Shown in pieces: positions 50,044 to 61,183 of a stretch of 64,000 nt of DNA. Numbering within the stretch: position 1 is the stretch's first letter; each line of letters starts with the position of its first letter. Under the pieces are notes generated by a model. It was not told where the DNA came from, ran no database searches, and saw only the letters and a list, made by a program, of their open reading frames with translations. The DNA is from Kondoa subrosea (Eukaryota): contig BCIN01000002.1 in NCBI GenBank assembly GCA_039545335.1, positions 1,439,118 to 1,503,117 on the forward strand, read 5' to 3'. A program made the position numbers and the translations under genes.

Positions 50044-53000
50044 ATGGGCAACTCCTCTTCCACGATCAAATCTGACCATGTCAAAGCCTTGACTGCCTTT
50101 GACCCTCGAGTTGACGGATTAAAACATGAGTTCATCAATCTCGTCGAGATGCGTAAGTGCTGCTCTCATCTCAGAGCCGTAGTGCTAATCTTCGTATAGA
50201 CCATGCCCATCAGGGACCTTCTCGTGATGAAGCTCTTCGGAAGTGTGCTATTTGCGCAGATCGGTTGACCGCGTTCCATCAGCACAGTGAGCTCACTCAA
50301 CCGCTAATAGTGTTGTCTTTGGCTCATTCAATAACAGTTGCCCTCTTTCATAACGAATTGCGGTACTATACATTACATCAAGGCTAGTTCCCCGCGGTTG
50401 CCAATACTCCCTTTGTTCTAACTTCAGCAAGCAGCGGAAAAGCATGGTAGACATCTCACCGAAGCTGAAATGCTACAAGCGGAGCAGCTTACAGCTCATG
50501 CCAACACTGTCCTTGCTCAAATCAAGGTACGGTCATTAGCTTACACCTTGACCGTTTTCTAATTAGACATATACGCAGCATTTGATTGAGTCAGAAATGG
50601 AGCACGAGCTACTACCATCGGCAGCTCATCTGAACGCTGCTTCACGATCTCAATCGCCAGCAGTCCATCATGGCGAGCATCATAATCATGTTCGCGAGCC
50701 TCACGGACAGCCGGTTCCAGTCTTACATGAAGAGCCAATCTCGCCTACTGCATTCTCTGAGACTGGTGAAGCAGATGTCTTTGATCCCGAAGCCAATCTT
50801 CCTTCAAGACAAGAGCGCACACCTCGTCATCATACCGATTTATCGTTCTCTAGTTCTGCTCCGGCCAATCAAGCGCGAACGCTACGCAATAAGCAATCCT
50901 TTGGGATGACTTCGCTTCGCGGTACATCGTACGTGAAAAGTCTTCTGAGAGGCCATGTGCTCGCTGAAAAGGCTCTGCTTTGTGTTCACTAGGGAAGAAG
51001 ATGTCTATATTCCCGGCGACAATGAGACGCCAGAGAATGACTTTGATGGCGAAGAAACTCAATCGGACCCAAAACATCAAACTTTCCAAGTCAAATCAAT
51101 CGATATGGATGATTGTGACAGCTATACCTCAGAAACCCATTCTCAAAGTACTAGCATGCAATCAGATAGTATACCAAGCAAGACTAGCTCGCATCGAGTA
51201 ACTCAATCTTTCGCTGATGTTGCGCCGACTTCAACTTTCGTTGACCCGAACGAATTGGCTCAGCGTCTTTCTCATGCTTCAGCTGGCTCTCATATTTCTC
51301 GTCATGCACCTCAACCATCTTTTGCTGATCCGAAAATGCAAGATTTGGCTATCCAGACGACCCTTCTCGATGCGGATAAGCTGTCAGATCGATTATCCCG
51401 AGTTTCACTAGCGCCTTCTGCCCGCTCTCAGCTTCATACAAGAGGCACCAGTAGTTTGGCTTCCGTCTCTCTCGGTGCAATTCAAGAAACCGCTCAACGT
51501 GGAATACTAGATGAAGCGGCCCTCGCTACTCATGCTCGTGATGCTCTCGTTTCCAATCGCGGAAGCTTTTCTCCGCTTGAAGGTAGCTTTGCAGAGGCAG
51601 GTAGGCCTGCCGATACTAGGTACGACACGCAACACATGTCAATTATTCAGGTAGATATATTTGTGTACGACCTGCTATTTAGTACTGATCATGTTGTTGT
51701 AGAAGAACTCAAAGTCTTCTCTCTCGGATCCAAGAAATTCGCTCAGCGGAACAAAAGCTCCTTCAAAATCAGACATACATGCTATGGATTCTATTATGTC
51801 CGTACGAGGCAGCTATGCAACGCTCGAAGTTGGCTTTCCGGAAGAAGAAGAGCTGCAACCTATGTCGGATAATCTGTATCACATGAGTACAGGCGAATCA
51901 TCTCAATTCGCGGTAGGTGTTGATTTTGGTGATTGCAATTGAGCACTGAACGCGCATCTCTCAGCAGCAAGAAGTTGGATTAGGACACTCCATATGTCAT
52001 GTCAAGACAAGCCAGCAGATTCCCAAGGTCACTGGTCGAGATCATACGAAGCTTGACTCCGCTTCTCAAGAAGTGCCACATCAGCTTACTGTTCCGCAAA
52101 TCAATGGAAATGGATCACTGAAAGGCTACGAGAAGAACGTGAGTGGCTCACTCCTGTGAACTGAATTGCATAAGCTGACTATTCGTGTAAGTCTGATCAC
52201 AAGCCCCTGATTCGGAATCAACTCGGGTCTGCGAAAACTCCCACCGAGATGCCATCAGTTCAAAGAAGAGGCCACGCAACATTTCACCATGAAAGTCACT
52301 ACGCTACTTTACCCAGTGCCGAAGGGGATTTTCAAGGGGACAATAACCCTTTCGAACCGGGTTCTGAGCATCTGAATACGAAGCACAATAACTCTCTTGC
52401 TCAAGAAGGTGATAAGTTGGGGTTTCGTAAAGATAGATTCGACGATCAAACTGAAAGATCATTGAAAAGTAAGTCTATTTCCATGTTTGGTCAAACGGAA
52501 GCTAAGATGAGAATAGGAGATAGTGTGAATTACAATTGTTCTGTCTCTGACAAGCCTCTAACTCCTCGTCGACCAAATACTTTGAGCGATGGACCTGAAG
52601 AAGATGAGCCAGAGTCCAAACGGAATACGGCAGATGACCAGGAGGACGAGGAGGAAGAAGAGGCAGAAGAAGAAGAGGACAATGATGATGATGATGACGG
52701 ACCTCATGTGATTCAGGTCGATCTGGGCGTAAGTCTTCCAAGTCATTTTCCTGAAACTACATCAGTCAATCACGAATCAACAGGATCTCGCTGCGAAATT
52801 TGCGCACGCTCACAAGAAGCGCATCAGTACTGATGGATCTCGTTTCGAGACTTTGGATGACAATGCTTCTATCAACTCAGGCACCCATCGATCTGGAAGC
52901 TCGACCGATTCCATCAGAAGTAACCACCACAGTAGTGGAGAATCGTATGATACGATGGTCTCTTGCACCGACAGCAACTGTAGTCGCTGCACCAAAGCTA

Positions 53001-53149
53001 TCGAGGATGAACCAAAGGAAGACAAACCTTTCTTGGGCGGAGGTGAATCTATCTCTCCAATTCAAATCAAATCCCTCAGCGTCATGTATCCCAAACCAAC
53101 TCCTGTCGCTCACAAGCAGCAGTTCACCAAACCGGTTTGGGCTGAGTGA
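50044..53149 (+). CDS. Hypothetical, largely disordered protein with a predicted N-myristoylation motif (MGNSSS)
   Basis: MGxxxS start, short helical N-terminal region, Ser/His/acidic low-complexity body, C-terminal QIKSLSVMYPKP..KPVWAE*; multi-exon. Confidence 0.65.
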
Positions 53150-53315
53150 TGGGAAAAACCTCATGGACTCTTATGCTTTTCTTTTGCTATATTTCAGTTC
53201 GTTAGACTTGTACTGTAATCTGTCTTGCATTGCATAGCTTTCTGTGCTCAATTGCCTTTGGTCCGAATATCACACTTTCAAGTTGACGCTCTCATCTCGC
53301 AACAAGCAATCTACT

Positions 53316-54255
53316 ATGAGACAGCTGAAGCGTGAGTACATCTCGTAACGTGCAAGATATCTAGCTGATCTGCTCCCCTTGTAGATCACGAGCAGTTGGT
53401 TTTCCTCTGTTTTTATGGAAATTTGATCAGTTGCTAATCTCTCGTCTGCTTTCGCTAGGAAGCTGCTGAAAAAGGTACCATCTCTTGCAATAGCCTATGA
53501 GCATCTATTCTGATTAGTACGGACTACCAGGTTGACTTCTTGCAATGGAAACAAGATGCCAATCTGCGAGAAATCAAAGTCATGCGACGCTTTCATATAC
53601 AGAGAAGGTACATTGCGCTTCTACAGATCTACTACTAGAGCTAATCTATTCGTTTGTAGGGAGGATTACCAATCTTATAATCGCCTGGCAGGCTCTATTC
53701 GCTCGCTCTTGCATCGACTGTCCCAATTACCAGCTCAAGATCCCTTCCGAAGCAAGACTGAATCCTCACTCCTTTCTAAACTCTATGATATGGCTTTAGT
53801 CGATGCAGCAGCTTCTATAGCAGATGTGGATAAGAAGATTACAGTTTCCGCTTTTTGCAGAAGACGGTTAGCTGTAGTCATGTGCAAGCTGAAAATGTGT
53901 CAGACGGTGAAAATGGCTGTTCAGTTTGTTGAGCAGGGTCACGTGAGAGTAGGACCGGATACAATGACGGATCCCGCTTTCTTGGTTACGAGGTGAGTTT
54001 AATTCCCTTTGCATCAATCTGGTTATGTTGATGTCAATACTGCCATCAGGAATATGGAAGACTTTGTGACATGGGTAGATACCTGTGAGCCAACATTTGG
54101 CTGCTGTGATCTGTGCTCAATTTCATCTTTCCGATAGCTAAACTCAAGCGGATCACTCTGGCATATCAAGATCAGGTATATCACCCGTCTCTCGTCACAA
54201 GAGTTGAGCTTATTGTACTTGACAGCTCGACGATTACGATTTATTGCAAAGCTAA
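53316..54255 (+). CDS. IMP3: U3 snoRNP protein Imp3 (S4 RNA-binding domain)
   Basis: Spliced MRQLKH|HEQ|KLLKK|VDFLQWK, VSAFCRRRLAVVM, FVEQGHVRVGPDTMTDPAFLVTR|NMEDFVTWVD, LDDYDLL. Confidence 0.96.
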
Positions 54256-54588
54256 GAAGATTACAAATCATACCGTTACATTCGCGATCAACGTTTCAAG
54301 ATACCTCGCATTAAGATTACTCTTCTATTCCTGTTGCAGGATCCAGATCAAGCGTGGACCAGGCACAATCTGCTGCTCCGATTTGCAAAAAAGTGGCAAC
54401 TTTCCCGTTTTGAGGAAACTATGCGTTCTGTATACGTGAAACCATGCATTTTGTACATAAATAGTACTGTAGCGCTCTACTGTAATGTCCATCTCATGCA
54501 TTGAGAAACTTGAATACTTCATCCGCAATGTCTTGGAACGCCGTTTTCTTTCTCCACTCTAATCGGGGCTTTTGGCTCGTGTGCCCAG

Positions 54589-56806
54589 ATGACGCGGAGC
54601 TCTGCTAAATCGGATGACGAGGGGTCTTCTCCTTTGTCCGCCGTGTCTGATAACGATTACAAAGAAGAAACCGCACAGACAACACACGATTCCTCGGCTG
54701 ACTCGACAGCTCAAATAGAAGTCCCTTCGGCGGCTACAGCGGAGTCAAAAGATCTCCCTTATCATTCAGCCGACCTTTCAAACATCAATCAAGAGCAGCC
54801 TGTTGCCTCGACTTCCAAACTTCCTGCGAACGAACCTTCTTCTTCTCGAGTCTCTCCTACTGTTGCTGCTAGTCCCACAAACAGCAATGCTATACCTAAT
54901 GGACTGCGTGTGCCTAAAAACCAAGCAAAGCAGGAAGCTATTAGAGCTCAATTCAAGAAAGGTCAAGCGGAAGCCTTGCTGAGGATCAATGGGGAACTCT
55001 TCAAATTATGCGTTGAGCTAGCTGGACAAACAGAAAAGGATGAGCAGACTATTCTTTTGGAGAAAGAGCAGGTGCTTTCCATTTGAAAGTCGATATAGGG
55101 TTGATTCTCTGCTTGACAGCTTGAAAACGCGGCTTAGCTCAAATCTTTCTATAGTACATGCCTACTCTTCTTTACCTAGCAGTCCATTAGTGAGTTTGTA
55201 TTCAGTGGATTAAATGAAGCTAAATCTTGCAACAGGCTTCAGCTAATCCTGTACCTATATTGACGGATTTCCCAAATGTCGACAACGAGACTTTAGCTCG
55301 TCTGAAACCAGCCTATGCCAGCTTCAAGAAGCTTTATGAAGCCGCGAGTGCTTTTGAGAAACAAGTCTCGCTGCTCTCCCAAGTTCAAAAACAAACGAAG
55401 AAGAGCGCAACCCCTCCTAATTTGCAACTCCCGCCGAACAGAAGACGATCTTCTGCTGCTTCGAATCAATCTGCATCTGGCAGTATGGGTCCGCCTGCTT
55501 TGCCTGTAGCGAGAGTACGAGAAGAAGATGGTCTTTCTCCTGATAAGTCAACAAAACGAAGGAAGACTTCTGGACCTTCAGCTCTGGGCAATCCTGATCA
55601 GTCCTCATCACCTTTCACGTTAAATAAATCTAGTCTGCCGATCGGGGCCCAGCAGCAGAAGAATGGCGTCTCATTCTCGCCAACGGGTTCTGCTACATCT
55701 GCTCCTTCACCTTCATTCGTGAATACTTCCATGCCTGGTGCAAGTGCTTCCATTCCAAATGCATATGCCAACATTCCTATCTCAACGCCGACAACTCTTC
55801 CAACTTCTATATCATCTACACCTTCTTCCTCTTCCTCTTTCTCGCAACCTCCAGCAGGCTTGCCACCAGCTCTTGCTGCGATGGCTCAACAAACCAAACA
55901 AGCGCATGAAAGAAGTCTTCGTCTGGCCAATTTCATGCGAAGTCCAGAATGGGCTAAAGCGAACGCCGAGCAGCAGCAAATGATGCACCAAGAGTACGGA
56001 CGCTTACAACAGGGTATTGCAGCGAATATGGAATATATCAGGAATACTCAAGCTCGACTTACTACGACCGAACAACCGATTCAACAGCAAGCTCCGACGT
56101 CGATGCTGCCTCCGTCCTCTGCGCCTTCAGCGAATGGTCTTCCTCCTAATATGCTCTCAAACGTCAATTCTCCTGCTTCGCATCAGACTTCTGTCAGTCC
56201 TCCGCCGAAACAACATGTTCAGCAATCGAAAGTCAGTCCACCTCAACCGCAACCTAGTCAATCGTATGGTGTGCAGCCAGGTGTATTAGCAAACGCGCAG
56301 AAAGCTTTACAAAGGCATAATATGGTTCATCGAGGTCCTCCCCTCTAGATGCTATGACTTATGTTTGAATTCAGATGCAGCAACAGCAGCGCGAACGATC
56401 AAATAGTATTCCAACCCAAATCTCACCTCAACAACGATACACTCCATTGCAACAGCAGCAACAGCAGCAACCACCAATTTCATCAAGCCAAATCTTCAAT
56501 ATCCCCACTTCTAACCCATATTCAGCTAATTCTTATCAAATGCCTTCTCAACAGCAACAGAACACTTTCCAACCTCAAGTCCAGAATAACAATTACCAAC
56601 CTCAATCTCAAGCGCAAGCTAATTATCAGCAAACACCTCAAGGGTATTCTCTACCTCAAGTTCAGCAGAATGGTTTTGCCTTACCAACAAATCAGTCGAA
56701 CGGGTATCAGCCGAATGGAATGAACGGTTCTACTACCACCCCTACTACTCAACAACAGGAAGTACAGGCTGGTGAAGATGATTTCTTCAAGGACTTTTTA
56801 GTGTAA
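54589..56806 (+). CDS. Gln/Pro/Ser-rich protein with a putative SS18/SSXT (SNH)-like helical domain
   Basis: ALLRINGELFKLCVEL..LKTRLSSNLSIVHAYS followed by PILTDFP..AYASFKKLY; basic KRRK stretch; Q/N/Y-rich C-terminus ending EDDFFKDFLV. The gene model needs a GC donor. Confidence 0.6.
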
Positions 56807-56976
56807 GCATTCACAAAGGAAAAAGGAATTGGGGAAAGTGCAATTTGTAACACGAGTCGTTTGTTTTTTGTCTGTAGCAATGGAAAGGGGATGTGCAATA
56901 GAGATGATTGAACGATTGCAATTCTGCTACATTCGAATTCTTTGCGAATAATCCTGTGATCCGTCAGCCTACAGTA

Positions 56977-58754
56977 CTATTGGCCCTCCTGCAACAGTGC
57001 TTCCGTTTCCTCTTCTCTACTCGAATTTGCCTTGACCGCGATTGCCGGACTGCTGGCATCCAGAGGATAGATATCTGATATAACGCCAAAGACGTAGGGC
57101 ATCGAAGCCGCACCGAAAAAAACAAAAGCGATGGTTGACCCTATGACTGTACTTTTAAGAAACGGTGAAACGTGTGCTGTACTTGAATTTGAGATATGTG
57201 GTGTGACAGGACCCTGATAACTTTTTGTAGTTAGAGACTTGGATCAATACCTCTTAGCTTGGGACTGACCCAAAAATAACCGCAAGTGAAGATAGAGAGG
57301 AGATTGATGACTGTACTAGAAGAGGCCCACATCACTGAAAGCGCTATAGCAATAGCACACGAGTGGATCCAGAGCACATTCTGTCTATTTGCAACGAATT
57401 CTGACCAATTTGGAGACAGGGAGTCCAGCTGCAGTTTCACCGCTTGCGGAATTAGGCGAAAGATAGGCTGTTCGACGAAGCTGGGCAAAATACGAGCTAC
57501 AGCTATACCAGCCGAACTAGCAATTGATTCAGCATAATCAAGTGACTGATCAGAACTACACTGACATGCCCGAGGAGAGGCACCTTGCCACTGCGGGAAC
57601 CGCTGCTTTGGCAAGCAGGAAGTAATCCGGAAGCCAATCAAAGATTAGGAAGGTGAAGGCGAACTTTTGTAGACAGATCAGGTGCCTGCCGAGCGCTGCG
57701 GAGCGAAACACTTACTGCCCAAAACATCGTAAAGGAGCCAATAAGAAATGCTGGGATCCGTGATATAATACGAATGCGCTGTATTGCCGATACACCTAGC
57801 TCATCTATAACGAGTGTGAGATGTGCTCGCGGAAAGGAAGTCAGTTTACCGATATTCTTGCCTGATTTCTGCCGACCAGCCAATAGTTTCCATTGGCACG
57901 CCATGATCGGTAAAGTACCCGCAGCAACAAGCATATAGTAGTACTACCGCGTTCATCAGCATAAATTGATCACTTTAGAGTGATTGTAAGTCTTACGTTC
58001 CACTGCCAAGCTTGAAAGATAAATAGACCAATACTGTACCGTATTAAAAATCAGTGGGAGCTTGAATATCTCCGTCGCGAAACTTACACAAGCGGTGCGG
58101 ACAGGCAACCTATATGAATCGCACCCCACAAGAAAGACAGTTGTCGACCGTCCTTACCAAACTGAGCAAGGGACGAGACGAGTGGTTCAGTCAAGCCACA
58201 GCCAAAGGTCAATCCGAAACTGGACAGATATAAGAGGAAGAAAGGAGGTTTGATGCTTGTCAGTCCGGCAGAAGAGAGCCAGCTGATGGTAGCTAAAAAC
58301 ATAGTGCCACGGATAGAAATCTTCTGTACAAAGAATGGAACGAGTGAAGCACCAAGCATCTGATATATGGATGAGCAAGGGCACAAGGTAAAATGCAGAG
58401 CAAAGTCGCACAAAACCGAAAGCATGTCTTCCAATCGATTAGCTGTCGCTTGACATCAAAACGACTGCAGTGACTCACGGAAGGACCAATGTGGCTACTT
58501 CAGCTGTTTCCAAATGACTGAGACAAACATGAGACAGAGCTTGATAATTGACGAAAGAGCTAACTATTCTGCTTGTATGGAAGGCAAGTTTGGTCCAATG
58601 GATGCTTCCACGAAGCCCAGATACCACTGTGTAGTAGTCAAAATCGTTAGCAATTACAAAAGGTCAAACTCACCATCATTAGGCAAAGGTAAGGGAAGAT
58701 CCTCTTCTCTGCTGGCAAGTCCTCTTGGAGTTCTATACCCTGATCTATAGACAT
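56977..58754 (-). CDS. Major facilitator superfamily transporter (fucose-permease-like)
   Basis: MSIDQGIEL..LMM|WYLGFVEASIGPNLPSIQ, multiple hydrophobic helices (FGLTFGCGLTE, HIGCLSAPL), C-terminal ETEALL dileucine-type motif; many introns. Confidence 0.8.
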
Positions 58755-59670
58755 GTTGCCGCCGGAAAAGAGAGAAGCCAATAGCGAACGACATTAGATC
58801 AAATCACTTATGTACGCGCTGAAAAAGCTGAAAGAGAAGAAGGTGCGAGCAAGAGCATGGTAACAAATGACATCTAGGCTGTCATGCGCAAACTTCGCAT
58901 AACGAGTATACATCAGTGCACTGGAAGATTTAGAGGAGAACACAAGTTGAATCGAGGTTTATTCTGGATAAGACAAATGTCATCGGCCCTTGTTCGGCCA
59001 TAAATGAGTGAGAAAGGCGTGATTCGCTCGTTGGTGATAGAAGCAGCGGGGCACGAGATGGCAGTAGCGAATAGAGAGCACAGTCGGAAAATTTCATTTC
59101 ATCTATACAAGTATGCATGCAGGATATTTATCAGAAGTAGAAAGAATGGCTCTTTCAGGTCTTGTGTTTGATATAAAGTGATCATCTATTTGCAGAGCAG
59201 GGCCCACATAGGGGATGCGTCCAATTCAGCTTGTTGAGCTTGATCATTGTTAATCGTCATGAGCCGTGGAAGGGATGAAGATAGGATGGAGGCATAGATA
59301 CGGAGAGAAGATGCGGTTTCTTTGGATACATCACTTGCAACCGACGAACTCTGGCCAAAAGAAATTAGCTTCCAAGACACAAAAGCGATATCTCGCTTAC
59401 CAGAAGCCAGCAGCGGTACGAGAAGAGCAAATGAGGAAAAGAGAGAGAGATAATAGACGTGTGAGCTGCTCAACAATTATAGCGTCCCATAGTGCAAGTG
59501 CAATGTTAAATTTGCAAGCTGAAGGCAAGAAAAGCCATTGAGCATTGCTCGGTGCTGCCAAGCTGAGCGGAATCGGGAGCACAAGACATAGACAGAGATT
59601 CGATTTATGGTTCGAAACAAGAGGGCTCGAATTTTCATATCTGTGAGAGATCAAGCAGTCGGGTTATGCC

Positions 59671-60924
59671 ATGACAGAGGAGCAGCTGAAGAGGCCCAGA
59701 GCTAGTCCGGGTCAAACACGAAGGCATTGTGGCTTCTACGGAGTGCGCTGTTCTGCTGCTCGACAGAGATCTTTGCCTTACCGGTGCTCAAGTCTCTAGT
59801 AGTCTCCTGTTGTTCACAATCTGGCTCCGAAGCTCTTCGCATTCCTTTTCCCTGCTTGCGGTTTCCCTTCTTTCAATTATCCTGCTATTGATTGTCCTGT
59901 TCTGGATGAGAGCTCAGTCTGGTATACTGACACTCGAAAGCCTTCATGTCGTCTGTTCCTGCTCCTTTCGTACCACGGCGTGCTCTTATGCATTAAATAG
60001 TCGGCTCGTGTCTCACAACCCCCTTGAAAGTTGATGTTATTGCTTTCCTTGACCGGCTTTCCGAAGAGAGCGAATTCATGCAATCAGTCAATACCACTTA
60101 CTTTGAAACTGCATCGGATGGAAAGACTATCCATGTTGGCGACAATACGGATTGGTTAGGTGTACGAAACGTTCTACTCTCCGCTTTCACTGGATACAGC
60201 TCGCCATTTCCAGTGGACATGCCTCTACACTTTGAGAAAGGAACGGCAGCAGGTGTAGTTATTGGCGGAGGGGGAGCGACTAGAGCGTTCGTCCTTCTTC
60301 GGCGGATGTCAAAATGAAGCTTACACGCTAATGCAGAGCTATCTTCGCTTTGCACCAACTTGGTCTCTCTCCAATCTTTATCGTCAACCGAGACGGCACA
60401 GAGACAAAAGAACTAGTTCAGCTGTATACATCTGTACGACTACTTCCGATAGCAAACCTTAGCGAAGCAGATCAAATCCTTGATCAACTCAACACCAGCG
60501 GAACAAGCTTAGTAGCTGGAGTTGGCGCTATACCAAGCATCGAGCCAGTTACGGAAGAAGAAAATCTGGTTTATGCTATAATGGATCGACTCTTTTCTTA
60601 TCCTTATACTCTTTCCTCGGGAACAGAAGCTCAGATCCTGCAGCTACCTCAGAAACCTGTGTTTGTGGATATGGTGTACGATCGTGTTCGTGAAGCATTG
60701 GAATGTGATTACTAACATCTCGATGTAGATATCGACCTCCAATGACTCGCTTGCGCAGTCTCGCTGAATTTCATGGCTGGCTATCGATTTGCGGGATAGA
60801 AGTGGTCCTCGAAGGCAGCTTCGAGCAAGCACGGTTTTGGACAGGTGAAGAAGTGCCTGTCGGTGTTAGGGAAGAGGGAAGAAAGATGCTACGGCGTCTG
60901 TTGGCAGACCAGGAACAGACCTAA
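59671..60924 (+). CDS. Shikimate/quinate 5-dehydrogenase-like protein (stand-alone, divergent)
   Basis: GSCLTTPLK (TxPxK), SVNT, GDNTDWLG, VIGGGGATRA, IVNR, VFVDMV|YRPP, GIEVVLEGSFEQARFWTG. Confidence 0.85.
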
Positions 60925-60952
60925 ATTGACGAGCGAGGACAGGAGGGAGCTA

Positions 60953-61046
60953 CGCGATATTTGAAGGTTAGAGCGAGCTGGAGCTCCGTCGAAGATTACC
61001 GGTAAGCGCGTCATATAGTCGCGCGTTCATTTCATAGCTTTTCGCG
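60953..61046. promoter_or_regulatory. CGCG cluster (MCB/SCB-like) upstream of RAD16
   Basis: Four CGCG-core sites within ~95 bp, including TTTTCGCG (reverse complement of the SCB-like CGCGAAA). Confidence 0.4.
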
Positions 61047-61183
61047 TATCAATGAAGTTGAACTCGGACAATTGCTGTAGCTATAGTCGTGACATCCTGA
61101 AGTGTCATGTCTGTCTCTGGAAACAACTGCCAAAAATCTTTTGACTCTGTTGCTCTCTTAACCTGTAGCCACGATCTCTCATC

